From Oligoflexales bacterium (GTDB lineage Bacteria > Bdellovibrionota_B > Oligoflexia > Oligoflexales > Bog-1112), in assembly GCA_045105515.1 (NCBI GenBank), contig JBGCDR010000429.1:1-37084 (forward strand): a stretch of DNA of 37,084 nt, read 5' to 3'. Position numbers and translations under genes: made by a program. Shown here one piece after another: positions 28,124 to 36,754 of this stretch. A model generated the notes under the pieces. It did not search any database and was not told the origin of the DNA. It worked only from the letters and a program-made list of their open reading frames with translations. How positions within the stretch are numbered: position 1 is the stretch's first letter; each line of letters starts with the position of its first letter.

Positions 28124-28554
28124 CTCCCATTAGGTAATATACCATTGGTATTTACAATTACAGATTAATATTGATAGTAGACAAGATATAAGTGAATTCA
28201 AATTGGGCAATTTACCCATTTTAGCTGTCATAAGGCTCAGATTTCGCTTCAGATGCAGTAATATGATCCAAGAATTGGAAGAATGACAATTTCTGTTTGG
28301 GCAAATGTAGATTCCTCGGCGGATTCCTTTTAAATAATCCATGGTCTTATATCCATAATATTTTCTTAGCAATCATATTACAGGCATGCCTAAAAAATAC
28401 AAGATCATCTAACTCGTAAATCCCCTGTTTCTAGGGAAAATGTACGGTGTATTATCGCTGTTTCATGGAATTTTTGGTACGGAAGTGATATAGTCGGAGG
28501 CTATCTTGGCGTGTAAATGCTAATGATAGTTCTTAGATACTAGAAAGGTTTTAT

Positions 28555-29811
28555 ATGAGTTTACTGACTCTTTTTGTTGTTCTGCAAATAGGAAAGTACG
28601 TCTGCGAACATTGGCTCGCGCAAATTAATAAATCGTACTACGAAAACCCCAAAAACCAAGAAAAAGTTTGCAAGGATCTTAGCTTAGATCCAGAGAAATT
28701 TGAAAAGACCCTCGCCTACACCCAAGATAAGTACCGATTTGGCGCAGTGTCTGGCCTTGTTAGTCTGGTGGCTTTTCTTGTTTTCCTTGTTTTTGGCGGC
28801 TTTGGTTGGTTAGAAGCTCAGGCTATAAATTTATCATCACTTATGGGTTTTGGATCAATTATGTCTGGTCTGATTTTTTTGGGCGGAATGGGCTTGCTTT
28901 CGAGCGTGTTCTCTATGCCTTTTGATTATTATTTCACTTTTCACCTCGAGGAAAAACATGGCTTCAACCGACAAAAGCCCACAGGTTTTTTTCTTGACCG
29001 CCTTAAAGGCTTGGTGTTGGCTGTAATTCTTGGGGGGGTCTGTTTAAGTGGAATTTTGTGGGTGATGGAAGCTACCGGAACATATTGGTGGTTGTGGGCC
29101 TGGTTGGTTTTTGGTGGGTTTCAACTCTTGACCTTATGGTTATATCCTAGTCTACTAGCTCCTCTTTTTAACAAATTTACCCCAGTTGAGGAGGGTGAGT
29201 TAAAAAATGAGATTTATACCCTGGCTAAAAAGGTCAATTTTAAAGCCTCTGGCTTGTTTACCATGGATGCTTCTACCCGTAGCACTCATGGCAATGCTTA
29301 TTTTACCGGTGTATTTGATGAAAAACGCATTGTCTTATTTGATACTTTAGTTCAATCCATGAATACTAAGGAAATTGTTGCGGTATTAGCCCATGAACTT
29401 GGCCATTTCAAGCTAAATCATGTACGTTGGATGCTTATTCGTGGCATAGCAATGATGGGGCTTCTTTTTTACTTACTTGGTCTTTGCCTACCTTTAGAAA
29501 ATTTTTATCACGCTTTTAGTTTGAGTACTGTTAGCAATTATGGCGCTCTATTTGTTTTTTCTCAATGGTTTGGGCTCGTAGGTTTTTTAATATCGCCATT
29601 AAGCTCTTGGATTTCTCGAAAAAACGAGTTTGCAGCAGATGCCTTTGCATTGCAACATACAGAGAGCTCAGATCATTTACCTTCAGCATTACTAAAGTTG
29701 AGTGAGTCAAATCACTCTATGCCACTTGTTCATCCTTGGTATTCAACTTTTTATCATTCCCACCCTCCTCTTCTTGAACGGCTAAATGCTCTCGAATATA
29801 CTCAGACTTAA
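28555..29811 (+). CDS. M48 family Ste24/CAAX-type membrane metalloprotease
   Basis: EEKHGFN, NAYFTG, HELGH zinc motif, NEFAADAFA, SHPPLLERL and multiple TMs. Confidence 0.95.
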   Translation: MSLLTLFVVLQIGKYVCEHWLAQINKSYYENPKNQEKVCKDLSLDPEKFEKTLAYTQDKYRFGAVSGLVSLVAFLVFLVFGGFGWLEAQAINLSSLMGFGSIMSGLIFLGGMGLLSSVFSMPFDYYFTFHLEEKHGFNRQKPTGFFLDRLKGLVLAVILGGVCLSGILWVMEATGTYWWLWAWLVFGGFQLLTLWLYPSLLAPLFNKFTPVEEGELKNEIYTLAKKVNFKASGLFTMDASTRSTHGNAYFTGVFDEKRIVLFDTLVQSMNTKEIVAVLAHELGHFKLNHVRWMLIRGIAMMGLLFYLLGLCLPLENFYHAFSLSTVSNYGALFVFSQWFGLVGFLISPLSSWISRKNEFAADAFALQHTESSDHLPSALLKLSESNHSMPLVHPWYSTFYHSHPPLLERLNALEYTQT

Positions 29812-29835
29812 GTCATACTTTGGGTTTTCCGATGA
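29809..29835 (+). promoter_or_regulatory. sigma28 (FliA)-like promoter
   Basis: TAAG-N15-TCCGATGA, 35 nt upstream of the 29871 ATG. Confidence 0.5.
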
Positions 29836-29870
29836 ATAGCTTGGGAATTGAAACTTATGAGGATTAAGCT

Positions 29871-31136
29871 ATGTCCTTTGACCCAAGCCAGCTTTCCTTT
29901 GGTGGAAATTGTAAAGCCTTTATTTTTGGTACTCCTGAACAGATAAAGCATATTGCCAAAACTATTGCATCCTTGTCTCTCATCCAACCTGAAGATAAAG
30001 GCGACCTATTTTCAGAAGAAACGGCCTTTCATATAGTGATTGCATGCTGTGATTTTTCAGATCTTTTGTCAGTTAAAGCAGTAAAACGAAGTTTGCAACG
30101 TATTGGGACTGCCAATACCCTCAAGATTATCTACTGTGTAAAACCAGAATACCCTAGAATGGACCAGCTTTTATTTGGTCATGCCATTGGAGGTAGGTAT
30201 GTTGCCTTTGGTGCTGATAAAGATGATAGGTTGAGAAATTTTATTAAGGCCTTTCTATTTTCAGCCAGAAAAGAGTCCAGCTCTTTTCAAAAAATGGGGC
30301 TTAATTTAAAGCAAGCAATCTGCAATCATGAGCGTACAAAAATAAATTCCCTTTACCATAAATTAAATGAGATGGGTAAAGATGTAAGTATTGGCTTGAT
30401 GAGGCTAAAAATTGATGCCTGTATGGCTTTGGGTCAGAACCAAAAAGCAGGGATCTTTTTAAAGCAAATATTGCAGCAAAATGGTCAGGACTTGTGGGCG
30501 ATTGTACGTCTAATTAAGTTATACTGTGCTAAGAAGTCACCAGAGAGTGCCATTGAAGCTATTTCGCTACACTCTGAACTTGGTGAATGTGGAGTGTCCA
30601 GATCACTCCTGATAGGAGAGTTTAACTGTTTTGATCTGCTAAAAAATGTTGAGCATCCAAAAGTAGTACAAGAGTTTCTTGCCTGTTTTGCAGGCCTGTA
30701 TGTATTGCAGGAAAACACAGACGAAGCTTTAATGTATTATTCCTATGCTCTTTCAGCTAGCTCTAAAGCTTCTATAAGCAAAGCAAAAATTCTGTTCAAT
30801 ATTGGTCAAATTTACTTGAAGCAGAAAAAGCTTTCTGAGGCTAAGGAATTTTTTTCAGAGAGTTTAAAGCTTGGTGGAAAAGACTACAATCAAGCGAAAA
30901 AGCCTCTTGAGAATTTAGAATCCGTATCCATTACAACGAATAAGCTAGGCAAACAATTGCCAATCGATCTATCTAAATACAGGCTTAAAAGCACGGAAAA
31001 CAATCGAGTCGGGGTTGTAAAGGCTAAGCAGGGCTTAGATCATAGTCACAGTGAAAAAAAAATGCAAGCCTCAGAACAAAAAAATCAGCAAAAAAATCAT
31101 GAAGATGAATCACTTCTAGAGTTTGAAATTTCCTAA
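29871..31136 (+). CDS. tetratricopeptide-repeat protein, possibly with an N-terminal pseudo-receiver domain
   Basis: KILFNIGQIYLKQKKLSEAKEFFSESLKL and adjacent helices match the TPR pattern; GAGGA RBS. Confidence 0.75.
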   Translation: MSFDPSQLSFGGNCKAFIFGTPEQIKHIAKTIASLSLIQPEDKGDLFSEETAFHIVIACCDFSDLLSVKAVKRSLQRIGTANTLKIIYCVKPEYPRMDQLLFGHAIGGRYVAFGADKDDRLRNFIKAFLFSARKESSSFQKMGLNLKQAICNHERTKINSLYHKLNEMGKDVSIGLMRLKIDACMALGQNQKAGIFLKQILQQNGQDLWAIVRLIKLYCAKKSPESAIEAISLHSELGECGVSRSLLIGEFNCFDLLKNVEHPKVVQEFLACFAGLYVLQENTDEALMYYSYALSASSKASISKAKILFNIGQIYLKQKKLSEAKEFFSESLKLGGKDYNQAKKPLENLESVSITTNKLGKQLPIDLSKYRLKSTENNRVGVVKAKQGLDHSHSEKKMQASEQKNQQKNHEDESLLEFEIS

Positions 31137-31237
31137 ATTATAAATTTCACTAAATCCCCTTATTTTTGTAGCTATGATCATTTTTTTCAGGTAAAGGGTA
31201 TTTGAGAGTTTTTTTTGGGATAGCTTTCTTCGGTTAC

Positions 31238-31248
31238 TTACCCTGTAA
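31238..31248. promoter_or_regulatory. candidate LexA (SOS) box TTAC-N3-GTAA
   Basis: TTACCCTGTAA dyad about 110 nt upstream of lexA; matches the motif I recall for Bdellovibrio LexA. Confidence 0.5.
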
Positions 31249-31357
31249 ACGCAGTAGCTTCAACCAAGTTAGATTCTTCTATCGATTGTTAAATTAAAAG
31301 AATTGAGTTCGTTAATGCAATTTAGTCACCTTGTTAACATGAAGAAAGGTGTTTAAG

Positions 31358-32044
31358 ATGACGAAAGCACCTCCAAAGCTTACAAAAATTCAAGCTAAGG
31401 CACTCGAGTTTATTAGAACTTCGCTCGAGCGAACAGGAACTTCGCCAACTTTGCGGGAACTTTGTGCATACATGGGCTATTCCGCCATTGGATCTGCACA
31501 AGATCTAGTTGCTGCACTTCGTAGAAAAGGTTTTCTGCAAACCCCTCAAAAACAGTCTGCACGTTCATTGATTTTGACTCCTAAGGCAATTGCTCTTAAG
31601 GAGCCAAGTCATCAAAGTACTGCTAACACCTATGTCGTCCATTGCTTAGGTGCAGTTCCAGCAGGGGATCCTTTGGCTGCGGTAGAGGAACGCACAGGAA
31701 CTCTGCGAATGTCTGTGAACATGTTCCAACGTCCCTTCCCAGTACCTGATACTATGTTTGCTCTTCAGGCAAGTGGTAACAGCATGATCGATGCAGGTAT
31801 TTTTGACGGTGATTGGCTTGTAATTAACAAACAAGCTGAAGCTGAACCCGGCGATGTTGTAGTTGCCCGTGTAGGTGGTGAAGTTACTGTCAAGCGATTG
31901 ATGCAAGATCGTCTTGGTTGGTACCTCAAGCCAGAGAACAATACCTACTCAATCTTGCGTCCAAGTGAGGATAAGCCGCTAGAAATTGTGGGTAAAGTGA
32001 TAGCTCTCCAAAGAGTGATGCCCTTTACTTCCCAAGTTAACTAG
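31358..32044 (+). CDS. lexA: SOS repressor LexA (start likely ATG 31358)
   Basis: N-terminal HTH (SPTLRELC...ALRRKGFL), VPAG cleavage site, GNSM catalytic Ser, VTVKR catalytic Lys; GAAAGG RBS. Confidence 0.95.
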   Translation: MTKAPPKLTKIQAKALEFIRTSLERTGTSPTLRELCAYMGYSAIGSAQDLVAALRRKGFLQTPQKQSARSLILTPKAIALKEPSHQSTANTYVVHCLGAVPAGDPLAAVEERTGTLRMSVNMFQRPFPVPDTMFALQASGNSMIDAGIFDGDWLVINKQAEAEPGDVVVARVGGEVTVKRLMQDRLGWYLKPENNTYSILRPSEDKPLEIVGKVIALQRVMPFTSQVN

Positions 32045-32280
32045 CTGATCCGGGTTTGATTCCGGGTCGGGCCTTCCTTCTTATCCGCAATTTAAGAAAG
32101 AGCTAGCTTACCATCTCGAGCATTGATTCATTTATATTTAATGAATCGATGGATTCGTTCTATTCTCAACTTTTTGTTTTTTGAAAAAAAGCTTGCTATT
32201 GGGATTTGATTTCAGTACTCACTTTAGGTGAGTAAATTTTTTTGCCTATACCCTATACAAGATAGAAGAAACATTTAAAT

Positions 32281-32400
32281 ATGATTGCTGCTTTGAATAA
32301 ATTAATTAAAAATTTTGAGATAAACTCAGGTTTGTCGGCAGCTCTTATTTTGCGAATAGTTTTCTTTTATTTTTATAACTTTATGCTGGGGGTAGGCTGA
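32281..32400 (+). CDS. Phe/Tyr-rich attenuator leader peptide (pheL-like, 39 aa)
   Basis: MIAALNKLIKNFEINSGLSAALILRIVFFYFYNFMLGVG*; FFYFYNF at 32362-32382 lies just before an antiterminator/terminator pair. Confidence 0.8.
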   Translation: MIAALNKLIKNFEINSGLSAALILRIVFFYFYNFMLGVG

Positions 32401-32427
32401 TTCTAAGATAATAGATAAAGCCAACAG

Positions 32428-32459
32428 AAGCCCCAGTAAGTCACTGGGGCTTTTTTTTT
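32428..32459 (+). terminator. rho-independent attenuator terminator
   Basis: AAGCCCCAGT-aagtc-ACTGGGGCTT 10-bp stem running into T9, 18 nt upstream of the structural gene's ATG. Confidence 0.9.
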
Positions 32460-32477
32460 GCCTAGAGGGAGAACTCA

Positions 32478-34541
32478 ATGAACAAAATCGTAAAAACAAA
32501 ACTGGATAAAAAACGAGAAATATTGGATCAGATTGATACCAATATTTTGGAGCTACTTGCACAAAGGTTTCTATGTGTCAAAGAAGTTGCTGAAATTAAG
32601 TTAGATACAGGTGAAGCAATAAGAAGTCCAGGTAGAGAACATGAGATGCTTCGTCGATTGAGTCTTGAAGCAAAAGAGTTAGGTTTGAGTGACCTGTATG
32701 TGACTAAATTATTTCAGCGGATTTTAGCCGAATCAGTTAAAATTCAAGAATTTCAGGTTTTAGCCAAGCTGCAAGATAAGCCTAATCTGAAAATTAGGAA
32801 GGTAGGTTATCAGGGTATCGAGAGTTCGTATAGTAGTATGGCTTGTAATGATTTTTTTGAACTTAGAGGAGAAACAAATAGTCAAATTGGTTACTCAAAT
32901 TTTTTTAACATTGTAGAAGATGTCGTTAGTGGAAATTTAGATTATGGTGTTCTTCCATTGGAAAATAACATCACGGGCCCTTTAAACGAAATATATGATC
33001 TTTTCATAAAAAATCAGGTTTCTGTGGTGGGAGAGCTTCAATATCACATAAAACATTGTTTAGTCGCTAAAAGGCACATAGACCTTCAGAGTATTGATAA
33101 GGTTTACTCTCATCCACAAGCTCTAATGCAGTGCACTGATATCATTGGAATGATGGGAGGGTCTAAGGCAATTAATGCAAATGACACTGCAGATGCTGCA
33201 AAAAAAATTGCAGAAAGTGATAAAGATTATGATGTAGCAATAGCAAGTGAAGAAGCAGCTATTCGCTATAAACTTAAAGTTCTTAAAAAAAATGTTGCAA
33301 ACAAACCAAATAATTGCACCAGGTTTGTTGTTATAGCAAAAAATGAAGAAATTAGTGATGACCGGGTAAAAACTAAAGTCACTATTATGGCCTCTACTGG
33401 TGGAGATAATGATCTTCTGCTAGACATTCTTGCTTTGGTACGTTCAAAAGGATTTTCTTTAGGTACTTTGGTATCGAGGCCACATCCACATAAAAACAAA
33501 GAAAGTGTATTTTTTCTTGATTTACGAGCAAGTAATTATAGTACATGGCTTAAAACTCTTGATGAGCTTAGGGGGATGTTGCCATATATTAGAGTACTTG
33601 GAGTTTACCCTGATCATGAAGAAAATGGTATGATTTTAAAAATTGACAATGAGATAAAAGAAATTTCTTATCAAACAATTGATAAACCTCATCAAACTCA
33701 CGATAACGGTCAATTGCCTTGTCCAAAATCTTTGGGATTAGATAAGAAACCTTATAAGCTAAGTTCCCGAATAAGTAAAACCAGTCCTACTATCCTAAAA
33801 ATCGGCAACTGTAGAATAGGCGGCAACCATAAGGCAATCATAGCAGGTCCTTGTTCAGTTGAATCAAGGCATCAGATTATGGGTATAGCTGCACGGGTTG
33901 CTGACTTAGGAGGAGGTGTCCTTAGAGGGGGATGTTTTAAGCCTCGAACATCTCCTTATGCTTTTCAGGGCCTAGGATTCGAAGGCTTACATTTGCTTAA
34001 AGAAGCAGGTGATCTTTACAACCTACCAATTGTGACTGAAGTTATGCACCCAGAGGATATTAAACCAGTTGCAGAAATTGCAGATATGATTCAGATAGGT
34101 GCAAGAAATATGCAGAACTTTTCTCTTCTCAAAGAAGCAGGTAAGGTCGATTGTCCCGTTATGCTTAAGAGGGGGCTAATGGCATCTATTGACGAATGGC
34201 TTAGTGCTGCGGAATATCTGTTAGCTCATGGCAATGGGCAGGTTTTATTGTGTGAACGAGGAATTAGGACTTTTGAAACGGCGACTCGCAATACCCTCGA
34301 CCTGTCGGCAGTACCGGTGTTAAAAGAAAGAACTCATTTACCGGTAATTATCGATCCTTCCCATGCAAGTGGAACTTGGAGGTATATCCCAGACTTGTCG
34401 GTCGCATCTATGGCGGTAGGTGCTCATGGTATTATGGTGGAGGTACATCCAGAACCCGAAAAAGCTTTAAGTGATGGGCCGCAGGCATTGACCTATCCGA
34501 TTTTTGAAGACTTAATGCAGAAATTACACTCTTACTTATAA
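32478..34541 (+). CDS. trifunctional chorismate mutase (AroQ) / prephenate dehydratase-ACT / DAHP synthase (type I-beta) fusion
   Basis: [10 protein letters not shown]...[89 protein letters not shown]. Confidence 0.93.
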   Translation: MNKIVKTKLDKKREILDQIDTNILELLAQRFLCVKEVAEIKLDTGEAIRSPGREHEMLRRLSLEAKELGLSDLYVTKLFQRILAESVKIQEFQVLAKLQDKPNLKIRKVGYQGIESSYSSMACNDFFELRGETNSQIGYSNFFNIVEDVVSGNLDYGVLPLENNITGPLNEIYDLFIKNQVSVVGELQYHIKHCLVAKRHIDLQSIDKVYSHPQALMQCTDIIGMMGGSKAINANDTADAAKKIAESDKDYDVAIASEEAAIRYKLKVLKKNVANKPNNCTRFVVIAKNEEISDDRVKTKVTIMASTGGDNDLLLDILALVRSKGFSLGTLVSRPHPHKNKESVFFLDLRASNYSTWLKTLDELRGMLPYIRVLGVYPDHEENGMILKIDNEIKEISYQTIDKPHQTHDNGQLPCPKSLGLDKKPYKLSSRISKTSPTILKIGNCRIGGNHKAIIAGPCSVESRHQIMGIAARVADLGGGVLRGGCFKPRTSPYAFQGLGFEGLHLLKEAGDLYNLPIVTEVMHPEDIKPVAEIADMIQIGARNMQNFSLLKEAGKVDCPVMLKRGLMASIDEWLSAAEYLLAHGNGQVLLCERGIRTFETATRNTLDLSAVPVLKERTHLPVIIDPSHASGTWRYIPDLSVASMAVGAHGIMVEVHPEPEKALSDGPQALTYPIFEDLMQKLHSYL

Positions 34542-34614
34542 GGTAGAACTGAAATACGAAAATTAGGAGAGTACTTCTTACCAACGATTTCTTAAAGATA
34601 GATTATAAGGAATT

Positions 34615-35010
34615 ATGAGTCATCATACTGCAAAATTAAAAATATACTACGACGGTCTTTGCATCATTTGTGCATCTGAAATTAAAGCCTATCAACGCTG
34701 GGACAAGCAGGGCAAGCTAGAATTGGTTGATATTTCTCACCCGCAGTTTTCTGCGGAAGCAGAAGGCTTGGATACCAAGCTTGTGCAAAAATACCTCCAC
34801 ATTAAGACCGTTGATGGTCGTATATTAACCGGTGTAGATTCTTTTGTAGAAATATGGAGAGAGCTGAATATATTTAAATTACTAGCAAGAGTAGCTAAAA
34901 ATCCTTTCGCTAGAAAACTATTTGATTTTGCTTATCATGGATTCGTGGTGGTCCGTCCCATTTTGCCCAGACGTAAAACCTGTAATTCTCATGCTTGTGA
35001 TTTAAAATAA
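34615..35010 (+). CDS. DCC-family (DUF393) thiol-disulfide oxidoreductase
   Basis: YYDGLCIIC (DxxCxxC) and G..LTGVDSF..IW motifs; AAGGA RBS. Confidence 0.9.
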   Translation: MSHHTAKLKIYYDGLCIICASEIKAYQRWDKQGKLELVDISHPQFSAEAEGLDTKLVQKYLHIKTVDGRILTGVDSFVEIWRELNIFKLLARVAKNPFARKLFDFAYHGFVVVRPILPRRKTCNSHACDLK

Positions 35011-35026
35011 TAGTTAGCTCGGGGCT

Positions 35027-36688
35027 TTATTTGTAGACCTGTGTATTTTCCCTACCCGAGTCTATTCTTGAATCAATATTTGTGCCATTTTCGAGCCGAT
35101 AGTAAGCGGTGCCCTGCCATGGTTTAAGGGTTTCCCAGTTAAACTCATGTTTACAGTTGTTACATGTCATATGAAGACAGCCATCAGCCTTAGAGATTGG
35201 GACTTTACAATTGGAATTTGGGCAGTTTTTTACTAGGTTTTTCTTTTTGGATAAATAGAGCGGGTCATGAGCATGGCTTTGTATTTCCCTGTATTCGTCG
35301 CAGCTTATAAATTTGTTGTGATCTTCTTTGCAGTTTATACATTGATTGTGATTGCATAATTCGCAGGTATATCTAGTCTCATCCATTTGCCTAGGCTTGA
35401 TGCGTCCTCCATCACAGTCTGCTTTTTTGCAAGGAGTCCAGTCAGCAGATAAGCTCGCAATCTTTCTTGCTTGAAAGAAATTGAAACGGGCATGGAGTAG
35501 AACCGAAATAATTTTATTTGTAAGTAAGTCATCTAGTTTTGCTGATTCCGAACAATTTGGTATGGGGCAGGTCAGAGGCTCCATTTCAGACTGATTCAGC
35601 TGAATAAGATCTTGCAAACATTCATTGCATAGAGAGTGAGAACATCTAAATGGATACAGAATTGTAGATTTCGTTTCGCTTAGACTGTCGTCGCAGCGAA
35701 AACAGTTTGTCGAGGCCATGATTTCATTGTGGATGAAATCTTCTACATAGTTCTTATTTACATTCAACTCTCTATTCAAATAGGCTGTGACAAGGCGATA
35801 ATCAGTAGCTTTATGCAGCTCAGCTACTTTTTCTATTAAAGGAATGCGTGAGGGGTCAAGCAAATCATCTACAATCATACTTAAGCGAGACCTAATCTGA
35901 GGTAAGAACAATTTTTTAAATTTTTCTTCATTATTCTCGAAGTTAAATAAATAAGCGCTACTTTTTTGCTGGTAATTCGATATGAGGTTTTGCCAGATAG
36001 ATACTGCGATTTTTTTTCTTTCACATAGAATTTTGATATTTCTATTTGCTAAATATTGTTCGAGCTGCTCAGTGTCTTCTAGTCTTAAAAATTCAATGTC
36101 ATTATTAAAAATAAAGTGAATAAATTCATGAAAAGATTCTATTTTCCCAGCAAATTCAGCGATATTTTCGAGTTGTTCATTTAGATATTGTTTGAATAAA
36201 TCTTCGGAATCCTTTTTTAAGGTTTCAACAGCTTGCTTGATGAAATATTTTTTTTTCTCGAATAATCGAGATTTCTTTTCTTTGGTGAGCCTTATGTGAG
36301 TTGGATAAAATTCGCTAAATTCAATTCCTGATTCTTCAATAAGACTATTGAGCATCTCATCCCATCCAATACACTCTGATAAAAGCTGTTCGGATAACGA
36401 ACAGTTTTCAGGGTTTAATTGAGCAATGAAGGTGATGTCGTTACAAACCTTATTTTCAAAGGGAAAAGAATTGAAATACTCATCAAGATTTTTCGAAAAA
36501 GTCTGATTGCTCTTTTTTTGCCAAAAAGTACTTTTGTGCTTTGTCTGCTGATTTTCTGCATAAGTTTGAATTTCCTTAACGAGGAATTTCTTGGATTTTA
36601 TAAAACTTCTGCTGGGCTTTGCTGATATGATAAGGACAGATAGGAAGCAAATCGTAGCATTTCTAAAAAAATTATAATTTAGGATCAT
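35027..36688 (-). CDS. exported RBR (RING1-IBR-RING2)-type E3 ubiquitin ligase-like protein (start likely ATG 36688)
   Basis: Signal-like MILNYNFFRNATICFLSVLIISAKPSRS; RING1 CFRC..CSH..CNEC..CPIPNC (35552-35704); IBR CKKADC..CELC..CINC..H..C (35300-35440); RING2 CPNSNC...ISKADGCLHMTCNNCKHEFNW (35135-35224). Confidence 0.88.
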   Translation of the reverse strand: MILNYNFFRNATICFLSVLIISAKPSRSFIKSKKFLVKEIQTYAENQQTKHKSTFWQKKSNQTFSKNLDEYFNSFPFENKVCNDITFIAQLNPENCSLSEQLLSECIGWDEMLNSLIEESGIEFSEFYPTHIRLTKEKKSRLFEKKKYFIKQAVETLKKDSEDLFKQYLNEQLENIAEFAGKIESFHEFIHFIFNNDIEFLRLEDTEQLEQYLANRNIKILCERKKIAVSIWQNLISNYQQKSSAYLFNFENNEEKFKKLFLPQIRSRLSMIVDDLLDPSRIPLIEKVAELHKATDYRLVTAYLNRELNVNKNYVEDFIHNEIMASTNCFRCDDSLSETKSTILYPFRCSHSLCNECLQDLIQLNQSEMEPLTCPIPNCSESAKLDDLLTNKIISVLLHARFNFFQARKIASLSADWTPCKKADCDGGRIKPRQMDETRYTCELCNHNQCINCKEDHNKFISCDEYREIQSHAHDPLYLSKKKNLVKNCPNSNCKVPISKADGCLHMTCNNCKHEFNWETLKPWQGTAYYRLENGTNIDSRIDSGRENTQVYK

Positions 36689-36725
36689 ATTTCGTTCTCT
36701 GTGAAAAAATATCAATAAACGCTTT

Positions 36726-36754
36726 TTTATATTCACATATTGTATTGTAGACAA
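36726..36754 (-). promoter_or_regulatory. sigma70-like promoter of the RBR gene
   Basis: Minus strand reads TTGTCT-N17-TATAAA, 37 nt upstream of ATG 36688; this supports the shorter start. Confidence 0.5.

Noticed and set aside
28130..28372. 80-aa minus-strand ORF upstream of the response regulator
   Set aside because: No RBS or motif; probably promoter region.
28506..28521. sigma54-like TGGC...TGC upstream of the M48 protease
   Set aside because: GG-to-GC spacing is 9 nt rather than the required 10.
32047..32068. hairpin after lexA as a terminator
   Set aside because: Imperfect G-U-rich stem with no U-tract; too weak to call.
36689..36754. 22-aa N-terminal extension of the RBR ORF from TTG 36754
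   Set aside because: It coincides with a sigma70-like promoter and would bury the signal peptide; ATG 36688 is preferred.
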